A stretch of 52,889 nucleotides of DNA, filler included, from Porpidia crustulata (lineage: Eukaryota): assembly GCA_964255105.1 (NCBI GenBank). It is 4 parts of 4 records of this genome, joined end to end, with 100 filler letters (N's around TTAATTAATTAA, not from the genome) between each part and the next. Parts side by side here need not be neighbours in the genome. Positions count along the whole stretch, not along the records: positions 39,755 to 52,889 come from CAXUWE010000456.1; 3 more parts are not named here. One strand, given 5' to 3'. Below, one piece after another: positions 42,830 to 52,889 of this stretch (positions within the stretch are counted from its first letter, which is position 1; the number at the start of each line of letters is the position of its first letter). The translations under genes and the position numbers were made by a program. The notes beneath the pieces are model-generated. The model was given only the letters and a program-made list of their open reading frames with translations, searched no databases and had not been told where the DNA came from.

Positions 42830-43927
42830 CTAGGTCAAGTCCTCGAGTTGAAAGGGTCGCACTTGATGTGCCCATGGCATCGAGCTCTGCGCCCCAAGTT
42901 GCTCCACTGCCTTTGACGCACAGTGGTTCGCCCACTTTACAGCGCTCAGAATCTGGCCTTTCGAGAATCGCTCGGTGCGATACCTGACAATCGCCACAGC
43001 ATACGCGCCCACAAATGTATCTCCAGCACCACTTGCGTCTACTACAGTCGCCTTTTCTGCTGGAAAGCGAACTTTGCTGCCTTCGAATGAGGCAAACACG
43101 CCTTTAGCACCGAGTGTGATTATGACAACCTGGACACCAAGTGCATGAAAGACCTGGGCTTTCTGTGTAAGCTTATCGAGGTTGGGCGAATCGTCTTCTT
43201 GGGCTGGAGGCGAAGGCGCTATTCGGGTGAGGTTTGCTACGCGCACTGAGGTTGATGGCGCTGGAGATTGGTAGGATATAGAGGAAGATTCGCTTTTCTC
43301 TTCTGCCAGGGCCGCCTGCGTAAGAATTTCTACTTCCGTCTCATTGAGGATGAGGTGAGTAATTCCCTTGAATACCTCTTTAGGCATCGCCACTGCTGGA
43401 GCAGGGTTAAGAATGACTGGAATTGCTTCATCGTTTGCGACTTGAAGGATTTGTAGTACGGTTGGCAGTGGTATTTCTAATTGCAATACTATGAGATCTG
43501 GGACTGGCCCAGGGATTGTTTTGAGTAGCGTGGGCTCCACGCAGGCGTTGGCATTAGGCGATACCAAGATACGGCTCTCACCTGTGCTCTCTTCAACAAT
43601 GATAATGGCAATACCCGTTGCTGATCCCTCCTTGCGCCAGACCTCACTAACATCAATCCCATTCTGCATCATCGGCTCTTTCATAGCCTCACCATAGGAA
43701 TCCGTGCCAACCATGCCCACCATTTTCACAATCAAATCGCAATTCTTCAGGTCATCTTGGTGTCTGCTAAGCTTTGCGCACGCTGTAGCTTGATTTGCCC
43801 CTTTGCCTCCAAATCCAACGGTGAAAGATTGGGCGGTCAAGGTCTCCCCTGCCGCTGGCATTCGTGAAGTTTTTGAGGTCAAGTCTGCATTCAGCGAGCC
43901 GATGACAGTGATCAGTGGTAGAGACAT
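42830..43927 (-). CDS. RBK1: Ribokinase (PfkB family), intronless
   Basis: VIGSLNADL, GGKGANQA, LQLEIP, LNPAPA, LNETE, TLGAKG, VDASGAGDTFVG motifs; ATG 43927 precedes the conserved domain (upstream in-frame ATG at 43957). Confidence 0.93.
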   Translation of the reverse strand: MSLPLITVIGSLNADLTSKTSRMPAAGETLTAQSFTVGFGGKGANQATACAKLSRHQDDLKNCDLIVKMVGMVGTDSYGEAMKEPMMQNGIDVSEVWRKEGSATGIAIIIVEESTGESRILVSPNANACVEPTLLKTIPGPVPDLIVLQLEIPLPTVLQILQVANDEAIPVILNPAPAVAMPKEVFKGITHLILNETEVEILTQAALAEEKSESSSISYQSPAPSTSVRVANLTRIAPSPPAQEDDSPNLDKLTQKAQVFHALGVQVVIITLGAKGVFASFEGSKVRFPAEKATVVDASGAGDTFVGAYAVAIVRYRTERFSKGQILSAVKWANHCASKAVEQLGAQSSMPWAHQVRPFQLEDLT

Positions 43928-44060
43928 GGTAGATTTGTCGCGCGGGTGCGACTGCATACGTTACGCCATACTATACAATAGTAAGAGATCCATGAAGGAG
44001 GTTATTTATCGGTCATTGCGGCTATTCGCTAGTTACTATACACCGTCTCAGGTATACCTT

Positions 44061-44155
44061 ACTCGTTCTTACCCCTCAACGGACCACCAAGCCTAGGGTT
44101 AGGTCTATATCAGCTAGTTTTGGTTAGGATGGTCCGTTGAGGGATGAGAGCGAGT
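44061..44155. repeat. Inverted repeat / long hairpin (26-nt arms plus inner stem)
   Basis: actcgttcttacccctcaacggacca (44061-44086) vs reverse complement of 44130-44155 actcgctctcatccctcaacggacca: 23/26 identical. Confidence 0.9.
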
Positions 44156-44567
44156 TAGTCGCGCATCTATGGAGATCATCTGGTCGCGGGAGCAGCTAGT
44201 TTCTCATTAATTCAAAGACTATTGATATAGTTTTACTGACTCATGTGCTATAATAAGGGAAGCTTAAACACAGCGGGGAGCCAGCTCAGATGATTGCGCT
44301 TACATCCTGCTGGGTCGAAGTCAATATCACTAAGATAGTGCTGATCGAACAAGCGGAGGACAGCTTCTTCATGTGGACAATTTAAGGTCTTGAAAGATGT
44401 GAAGTAATTCATCAAATGCTAAATTACAAGCATGCTTAATGATTTTGATAAGATGGGCATATTTGTGGCTTCAATTGCTGTAATTGCATAACGCCACTAC
44501 AGGTAAGTCGAAGACCAGAGACTTCCACGGCACTCCCTGTGCATCTTTTCTAACTTTTGCTAGGAGA

Positions 44568-44930
44568 TTATCCGACGAATCTAGGAATCCATGCCCCTGT
44601 AATTCTAATGGTGTCTCGCGAACCTCTTGCCGCAATCAGATTCAATACCGCCCCAAGGTTCTGCTGATCGATGATACTAGCCGGAGGCCAGTCATTGTCA
44701 AAGGCCGATTCCCTGACCCAGCGAACCTGAAGTTCTGGGATATGGTCGAGATCAAAGGATTTCATTATCACCGTCTGAAGATTGTTGATGTCGTTCAGAT
44801 CATCTCTGTATCGAATAGTGCAAGCTTCGTATTGGTCCAAGTCGAGACAATAGACCATTACAGATACACTGATGCTTGCAGCAGTGCCGGTATTGCTGCT
44901 CGTAGGACTTCTGGGCCCAAGACTCGACAT
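44568..44930 (-). CDS. Hypothetical 120-aa protein
   Basis: ATG-started ORF with globular-looking alternating beta/alpha pattern (LQVRW...WPPASIIDQQNLGAVLNLIAARGSRDTIRI); no family recognised. Confidence 0.5.
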   Translation of the reverse strand: MSSLGPRSPTSSNTGTAASISVSVMVYCLDLDQYEACTIRYRDDLNDINNLQTVIMKSFDLDHIPELQVRWVRESAFDNDWPPASIIDQQNLGAVLNLIAARGSRDTIRITGAWIPRFVG

Positions 44931-45210
44931 TTTATTTAGAACCTGCTTTGTTTTGATCGGAATTATAATGATTCTTCGACTGAGCTGATCCTGAGGAAGA
45001 CGTTAAATGTTAAGGATATCAAATTCTTGGAGCAGAGAGAACATGTGCATGCTGGTTATATTATAGTACCACGAATGGATTTGGCTTTTGCGCTGGCAGC
45101 CAACGATCAAAAGTCCATGCAGATGACAGCAACTATCTCTGACGATGCTGACCAACGCAATAGGCTGGCTTTACTCTTGACGAAAGTCGATGTTTACACA
45201 GCTTTCAAAG

Positions 45211-45800
45211 TCATAATCCTTGTTTGATCCATGTTCTGCATAGGCTACCTACGAAAAAAGCCAGTAAGCTCAAACTTCTTGTCAGTCTGCATAGCCTGGC
45301 ATGAACAATCTGGCCATCTAAGACACGAATTTCCATTCTGCGTATTGATCGGAACAACGGACATATGTTTATCCCAGCGCTCCTAATCATCTTGTCTTTC
45401 TTGTGGCTCCAATTACCCCCAGTCAATAATCTCTATAATTATTTCATCTCCAATCCATAATATCCCGGTCCGAACTCAAGACGCACATCAAATCCATAGA
45501 CTGATTCTTCGTATAGCTTCTAAGTAGTCTTCAAGTTCTCTCACTTGCATTCCATGTACAGACATGATCTAAGACTCATCTAATGAGATTTTTCTAAATT
45601 TCTTCAATTAGACAACTATCTATCTTCCAGGTTTTTGAATTATCTATCACTTGTTGCCAGCATCATGTTTCCCGACCGAATCCGCTGAAGAGTCAGCTTC
45701 AATATAAAGATTCTTCTCAACCTTGCGCTCCAGAATCCAAGGAATCCTGAATACCAACAGCAGCCCGCCCAAGAAATTTCCGAAGCTTCAGCTAAACAAA
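45211..45800 (-). pseudogene. Possible degenerate gene remnant
   Basis: One frame reads protein-like (...KLYEESVYGFDVRLEFGPGYYG...LFRSIRRMEIRV...) but is broken by many stops in an AT-rich stretch. Confidence 0.25.
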
Positions 45801-46782
45801 TCGGAATGAAGTGGGATCTTCGATTTCAACCTTCGAAAAAGCTTCCGTGGCAGCAAAATGCAAAAAAGGAGATAGATCTAATATTTTGCGAGCACAAGAT
45901 ACGGAAAACTCGGATCTACCATCTCAATGGCTTCCTTGCTGCTACAATGAGAGAGAAGCTCTACGGAATAGAAACACATTTCAGAAAGTCCTCTTGTCCT
46001 CACGCTTCTTCTAGAAACATGATATGCCCAGAAGTGTATGGTAACAGCTAATGTTGAAATACTCCCGAGTTTGTCGTCGCCCTCTCTCATTGCAATGAGA
46101 TTTCACCTTCCTAGTATCTGCCCAGAATCTTCACGATAGAAGTACTGCAATCACTAAGAGAAGAATACATCATATATCACTGTGTGCAGCAGCAAAGAAT
46201 GAAGAGGCAAAAAGACTTGGTTTTCACTGACTAGAGACAATCGAAATACTCCAAGCCTGATTCGAGGAGGCTACGTAGACATTCAGCTAAATCGCAATCC
46301 GCAAAGTATACTCCGAACCACATTTCCCTGAGAGCAATCTATGATAAGTTCTCACCTCACCCTATAATTCGTTCACCGGTGGTATCTGCTCCTTTATATG
46401 AACAGTGGATCAGGGTTCATAAAACCCATGCATGTCAACCTGCTGGAATTGAAATCTGAAAGCCACGTGACCCATAATGTCCTTCCACTTGGTTCCCCAA
46501 GGTCATGATGCTGAAATGAAAGAGAAACCGTTCAGAGGACTTCGGTCCAAATGGCTGGGTGATATGGACATGTAGGGCTACTCGGCTAGACAGTAAACAG
46601 CCCTCCCGCTGCCGAATGCTAGCGCAGGTCTCAACCGCCTCAATCATGACCTCATCCCTTCATCGACCCTTGAATTGCTTCCATTCAGCAGTCATGCTGT
46701 TCGTCCTCCTCCCTTCACCGTTACTCCTAGTTTTCCCCCACTGTTACTACTAAGTTTCTATCCCGATATCAGGAGTTCCACC

Positions 46783-47460
46783 ATGACAACCCGTGCTGAG
46801 AAAATCCAGGATGCACACGAGCCTCGACCTGATCCGCAATCCTTAACCTCTAACCCTGATGGCTCCCAAAATTCCTCCACCGGCGTTGACTATGAGCCCC
46901 ATCCAGAGCGCTCTATAAAAATTCCTCCAGAACATGAGAAGATAGTCAAGGCAATTACAAGCTTATACAGCGGTAGCGCCAGTGAGGAGGATATGCAGGT
47001 CTATGCGGCGGAGAGCGTATACGATGATCCTTGGAGTTACTGTGATACGCGGTACAAAATTGCTGGACAATGGTATGGTAAGCACTTGATTTCCTTGAGT
47101 AGCGCCTGGCTCTTAAATACGTCCTACTTCACAACTAAGCCGATCTTTCAAGGCATTCCCAAAGTCATGTCGACCTCTCGCACTCTTGCCACAGAGGTTG
47201 TGTCCAATGCCCCTACCGAAATCGTCTTCAAAATGAAACAAGAATATACCCCTCGTATCATACATTTCTCAAAACCAGTCAACAGTCTTGTAAGCCTTAC
47301 GCTCGATGAGCATGGGAAGGTCAAATATCATAAGGACATGTGGAATGAAAAAGATTATAGTCATGAAGGGCTAGGAAAAGTGATGAAGACACTGAATGGG
47401 GACCAGTTGACAAAGATCACGAGACCGCCTGGAGATTTGAAAACTGCCTCAGGGGAGTAA
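46783..47460 (+). CDS. SnoaL/NTF2-like fold hypothetical protein (2 exons)
   Basis: YAAESVYDDPWSYCDTRYKIAGQWYG/IPK...SLVSLTLDEHGKVKYHKDMW pattern; GTAAGC...CTAAG...AAG intron 47078-47152. Confidence 0.8.
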   Translation: MTTRAEKIQDAHEPRPDPQSLTSNPDGSQNSSTGVDYEPHPERSIKIPPEHEKIVKAITSLYSGSASEEDMQVYAAESVYDDPWSYCDTRYKIAGQWYGKHLISLSSAWLLNTSYFTTKPIFQGIPKVMSTSRTLATEVVSNAPTEIVFKMKQEYTPRIIHFSKPVNSLVSLTLDEHGKVKYHKDMWNEKDYSHEGLGKVMKTLNGDQLTKITRPPGDLKTASGE

Positions 47461-48998
47461 GGCAGATTACTATTAGGAGTGATGGAATTTGTATGCACAA
47501 CAATCTTGTTCAATTCTCCACACATCGTGCGAGGTTATTCGAACTATCTCTATAGCAGCAGGGTCTCTCTGTTCTTTTGCGACCGCATTGACGAAAGCAA
47601 TAACAGCAACTCTACAGAAGGCTTTCTTTTTATTTACATGATAAGATCATGCTATCTTCAATGTATCCACTGGTGCTGGTATATTATGAGATGTACTCTT
47701 GGCATACCGTCACATCTTACTTCCTAACCCTCATTCAATAGATGTGGAGCTGACCACCTCTCGAACACAAGGGCATGGTGACGTTGATCGAAGATGGCTG
47801 TCAGGTCACTCAAACGCACAACATCTCGCTATCAATAGGTACTAAATCATTACGGTATCTGGCTATTGGTGACCGGGAACAATGATCAATAAAGCCACTG
47901 AGCTTCCTGATCAGAATTGGTTGCTTGTCTATTGCTTTCCTGCTCAAGTGTCTGCTTGTTCAATTGTTCTCTACACTTCGTGTCGAGCTACTCTGTCATT
48001 GCAACATTGATCTGCCCAGGCCCTCAGCCCGAATACCGGATAATTCTATTTCCAGTCTTTTCCAACATGTCCGCCGAGTTATCGTTTGGGCTCCTGATAA
48101 TCTAATGTCAGCATACTCGATGATTTGGTGACTAGATGAACGTCAATCATTAAGAACATCGACGCAGAAAGGGTCTGTGCTCTCAAATTGAAAGCATTAC
48201 CGATGACAGGGCTCAGAGGACAAATAGACCATAGATGTTACTTTTACCATTGCTATATTAGCAGTAGAAAAGATCTCATCGACGCACTTTTGGTTTACCA
48301 TTTATAACCATCCAACCATGCTTCACAGAGATCATCACGTGGGTAAACAACAGGAAAACCTCTGCTTTCAGAGCACAAGGGGCATCGCCACACTGCCATA
48401 CCAAATTTGACATGCTGATTTCCCAAAGATCTGAAGCAAGGTAAGTCATAAGGATGGCCAGACGCTTCGCTATGCAGCAGTAATCGAAAGTAGCCGCTAG
48501 ATCAATTCTAATCCGGAGAAGTGGCACTTTGAACGACATCTCAATCTCATACAATACCAACATATCATTCATTCTATTGATCCCAAGGTTGACCAGATTG
48601 ATATGGCTCTGGACTACAGTTTCTGGGAACGGCACTCACGCTGCAATGCCGAGTTGTACCATTATACAATCGGAGACCATATATTGGTCATTGCCTCTAA
48701 CGTAGTGGTACATGTGAATTTGTCACGTAAGATAATTCATAATGTCCCATTTCTCATACGCATGCTCAATTCAAAGTACCCAACAAAACCATATTCATCC
48801 ACCTAAATCAAGGTAAGCTAGAACTCAAGAAGATAACCACCAAGTTCGTTTCCAAGATCTAGTGGCCGAGGAGTCAGACACAGACGACCGCTGGCTTCGG
48901 GTGCGTGAATTTGATGTTGCACTGCTATCATCTGTGGTGGTCGGCGCCAAATGTTCTAATCCTGGACCGGAGTAGGCTAATGGGTCAGTGGTCAGTAC

Positions 48999-49434
48999 TT
49001 AGGGGTTGGCCTTTTCCTTGAGACAGGAGTTCCTTACATTGTTACGATTGCTGCCCTTAGCTTTCTTGCGGCCGAACGTCCAGGAAAACAAAGTCTTCTT
49101 CTTGTCTCCCGCGTCTTTGACCTGCTGCTTTGCCTTGCGTTTGGCATTATCCTCTCTCTCCCACTGTTCGACACAGGTCGCGCACTGCTTCATGTACCAG
49201 ACTTTGGGGTGTTTGCGACATTGCTTCATGTGCTTTAGTCGAGCACAGTTGATGGTGAACGTGGTTCTGCACTCAGCGCTACCGCATTGCTTGGACAGTA
49301 TCTCAACGTCTACGACTTTTGATCTTTCAGCGTCACCAATGATGAGTACGATTTTGCGTTGTGATGTGGTCTCCTCGTTCAGTGACCATACTTAAACGAG
49401 CAGGAACACCGGCCAGCGTTGTACGAAATCGCAT
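48999..49434 (-). CDS. Small Cys/His-rich, basic hypothetical protein (2 exons, ~117 aa)
   Basis: ATG 49434, GTATGG...TAG intron 49391-49310 gives MRFRTTLAGVPARLNVEILSKQCGSAECRTTFTINCARLKHMKQCRKHPKVWYMKQCATC... then a Lys-rich tail. Confidence 0.55.
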
Positions 49435-50268
49435 CTTGGATATAAATGTTTGGCGGTCAAGCTGTTACTTCTGGCTTGATTTTGATGTTGTATGGTGAGA
49501 ATGGCATTCCCATCCTCGCAGCTTATGAGCCGCTACATGAGCTTTCTGCATAGTGAAAGGATTGTTTGAGCAATGTTGCGGTACTTCACTCAAACCCTCG
49601 AAAGGTTGAGCAATACTGAGGATATGCTAGGAAATAGCATGGTCGCTGCGTCATACAAGACCGTTTGGTCACGCCCGGGTACGTTGAAACCAACGTGACG
49701 AGATAATGGGAAGATCACTGGAATCAAAAGCAGCAGCAGTGTTGTCCCGAAAAATCCAAATAAACATCGATGATTCATAGATCCCTTGAATACATTGAGG
49801 AAGTTTGATGACTCCCTGGCTTTGGCTGCGTTGGCCATTCATCTCGGTTAGAGAATTTTCAATGTTTGACCTTTGACACATCCTTGACAGCTCATGGCAC
49901 TGCTTCCTAACCATTCAAGCTCTACAACCATCTTACTCGCGATTGCATATTTCTTTACGCACCAACTTCTTCAAATAACATAGCTTGTGTAACATGCTGT
50001 TGGTCACCTCAAATGTGAACATCTTTCAATTCTCTAATGGTTGCACCGCAAAAGTCATTGAGCCCTTGACATTTGATAGTTGAAAAATACCCGGAACTGA
50101 TGAGGACGGACCTGGCTATCTCCTAGCAGGCCGCCGCAATCTAAAGGTATCAGCAGTAATCCCCTGACGCTCAAAGCGATTATTGAAAAAGATACATCTA
50201 GCCTTTTTTTTCTTGCGAACTATCCCTCGGAGGTACGGCTTGCCTTACATAGCAACCCTCTTGAAGAT

Positions 50269-52309
50269 ATGGATTCTCATACAGAGGGATTCACGGACGA
50301 CATGATCATCGATGGAAATGATTATCATACAGCCGGCCAGGACGACTTCATCCAATTTACACCTGTCATCAGCGCCATGAACCTCGAAGGTCTCCCTCAA
50401 TTGGCTCTCTCCATCCGACAACGACAAGCGCTATTGGACAATCGGATCCCATTAGCAGATACAGATACCAAGGACCCGCCTTTGACCTGTGTGGTTCTCT
50501 CCCCTCCACTTGCAGGTTCTTATAACATTCTATTTCCCCTTCAGTTCAGCGATGGGCTCCGCTGGCTTTGCAAAGTACCGTCGACGGGCTATTATGGTAA
50601 ATATGACGATCGAGCTGCGGATGCGTTGAAGTCCGAAGTAATGACCATGCGTTTGATTAAAGGCGGTACAAGTATTCCAGTCCCGGAAGTTTATACATTC
50701 GACGCCAATTTGGACAACGAAATCAACTGTCCCTTTATCATGATGGAGCATCTACAGGGTCGACCTCTCTACAAGCTGTGGTTTCAGCAAGGTTCTTCAA
50801 AGGGAGCGCTGACGCAACTCCGCACTCGAGTTCGGCGAGACCTCGCTGCAGCCACGGTACAGTTGAATTCTTTCCGTTATCCTCAGGGTGGCTCGCTCTT
50901 GTTCGATCAATATGGTAATGTCAATGGAATCGGGTCGATAGGAGTTTTTGATCTCAAGGCTCAAGCTGATAGATTGACCAATGACGGCTTCGATGACTAG
51001 GGACCGTTTGACAGTGCGAAAGAATTTTTGACCTACGCTCTAGATCGTGAAGTTCCATCTCAAGACCCGGCGCAGAAATATCATACGGGTATGCTTCAGC
51101 TCTTACGCCTATTTATCGATTGGATACCTGTGGAAGACTATTGCGCAGATGAGGATCAATTTGTCCTGGCCCATCCTGATCTAAACTTTAAGAACATACT
51201 TGTCTCAGATGAAGGTGCAGTACTCGGCATTATTGATTGGGATGGGGCAGGAACGATTCCTGCTTGTATTGCACATCATCCTTTAGGTTGATGGATGATT
51301 GGGATCCCTTCTTGCACGATTATGATTTCGAAGAGGGTAAATTATATGATGACGAACTTTCGTTTTGGCGGTCGACGTACGCCCAATTTTTAGAAGATTA
51401 TAGCCTTGATCACGGAAGCATTGTGCAACCAGACAGCGACAAAGGTCTGTCAAGCGGAAGCGAAGTCTCGAAGCAACCCTCAGAGATGTCGATTTTAAGG
51501 TCCCCTCTTTTTTGGAGTTTGGCGGTTGCAGCAGAAAATCCATTGTGCCTACATGAAAATATGCGGCAGATTTTCAATAAAATCAAACAGCTCACTGCAC
51601 CTGAGTGGGATCAGGGAAATCCAGATCGACCTCACATGGGTTCTGCTGGCTGCCTTGTGCCTATCTACACCTGCATCAAGAGTGGTCTAGATTGCTTGGC
51701 TCGTTTCCTTCCCGAAAAGGATCTCAATGCTGATTCCGAAGAAGGCGCTCCCCTTTACAACCTCTGGATCTATTACAGAAGAAAAGAAAGATTTTTGCCA
51801 AAGCTAATCAGCCGTCGTCAACCACAGTTGAGGATTCCTCTTATATAAAAATCAAGCGCAAACGTAGCAGGGTACAAGACGCAGTGAAGCGTGCTATCCC
51901 TGGTTTCTATAAGGGTAAAGGTGGAAGGATCACCTCCCACGATATCCCGACTCCGGGCGGCGACGAAGCCAAATAAATCATCGACGAACCGTCTCCTGAA
52001 CGTACGCACATTAGATTTACTGTGGGCGCGGCTCGTAAACGGCGGTCCTCCCTGGAAGCCGCCGTCAAAGACTTTGTCCACAACCTGCAAAACCATCTGA
52101 CTCGAAGGAGCAAACCTCAATCTATCCCATCCAGCTTTGCGTCCGCAACTGCTATTCACGACACCGGAAAAGTCAAGAGACGAGATTGTCCTTCATCCGT
52201 GTTTACGCAATTGAGCGTCACCGACGCGCTGGCCGACAACAACCTTACGGAGGGAATGGCGCAGCGCCTCAAGGAAGGGTTTGATGCCCTCGTGGCTACT
52301 GCCATATGA
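50269..52309 (+). pseudogene. Aminoglycoside phosphotransferase (APH)/kinase-like pseudogene
   Basis: GSYNILFPLQFSDGLRWLCKVP, SEVMTMRLIK..TSIPVPEVY, PFIMMEHLQG, FVLAHPDLNFKNILV, GIIDWDG; in-frame TAG at 50998-51000, frameshift near 51270-51290, further frame breaks downstream. Confidence 0.75.
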
Positions 52310-52889
52310 GCCTGCGCCTGTGCGCCCCTTGTGGCCTTTTTTCTTGATTGATGCTGACAGGAATCAGCATTCTATCGTACCGTGTCTTTCCCCGTTAAAT
52401 CTTATCTACCGTCAATAGTGCCATGGCAGTTGGATATTTTGTAATGGCGCAAAACCGACTCAAAAAAACAACATGCCGGCTCATCTCGCAGCATTTTCTC
52501 AGTCATGGCGAAGTGGCTCCGTCACAAAACACCCCCAGAATCATCCTTCTCTATCTACGTCGGCTTCCCATTCGACTTTACAGCAAACAAATTAACCCTC
52601 CCATATCAGCCTCACGCCAGCCTCACAATTGGAAAGCTCGTGAAGCAGGAGAAGGAGCAGCCTGAATGGCCCCTCTCGCTTTGACTTTTGGAGTTCGGAG
52701 TCCTCAGTCTCAAACCACCATCTGGAACTTTACAAAATAAGGGAGTTTCTATACCGAAGATCCATACACTTCGATTTTCTTAGCTGTGGTTTTCCATCAC
52801 CTACCGTCGCATTCGTGGCAAATTTCTACATTTCATGAGTCCCTGTCTGTAAATAGTAATTCTATGAGTATGCGGTAACTACCCATCCC

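Noticed and set aside
50998..51003. Programmed read-through or recoding of the in-frame TAG in the APH-like gene
   Set aside because: Additional downstream frameshifts make simple pseudogenisation more parsimonious

Overview
Eukaryotic nuclear DNA from a filamentous ascomycete (Pezizomycotina; short GT-AG introns with CTRAY branch points; a lichen-forming lineage is a guess only). The window is four contigs joined by artificial 100-nt spacers (44 N + TTAATTAATTAA + 44 N). It carries mostly conserved housekeeping genes: CIA2/MIP18, a Zn(II)2Cys6 transcription factor, SmG, NTR2, a DUF3752 protein, PNG1, UTP4, a G1-type cyclin, an F-box-like protein, GAPDH, COX5, ATP2, mitochondrial ClpX, glycogen branching enzyme and ribokinase. 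A gene-poor accessory tail follows, with small orphan genes and pseudogenes, including an APH/kinase-like pseudogene. Best observations: (1) a cryptic peroxisomal PTS1 (-SRL) in frame behind the GAPDH TAG stop, also reachable by an in-frame alternative acceptor; (2) PNG1 with the catalytic Cys replaced by Ser while His and Asp are kept; (3) recurrent ~0.6-1.1 kb GC-rich islands with a C-rich to G-rich skew flip that ignores gene orientation and sits near assembly breaks; (4) a ~95-nt long hairpin upstream of ribokinase; (5) an AAG acceptor in the branching enzyme gene that must skip two CAGs, either of which creates a stop; (6) an apparent frameshift at a G12 run in clpX. I found no clearly novel multi-gene system, tRNA/rRNA, CRISPR or intact transposon. 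Exon boundaries were read by eye and family assignments come from motif recognition, not database searches.
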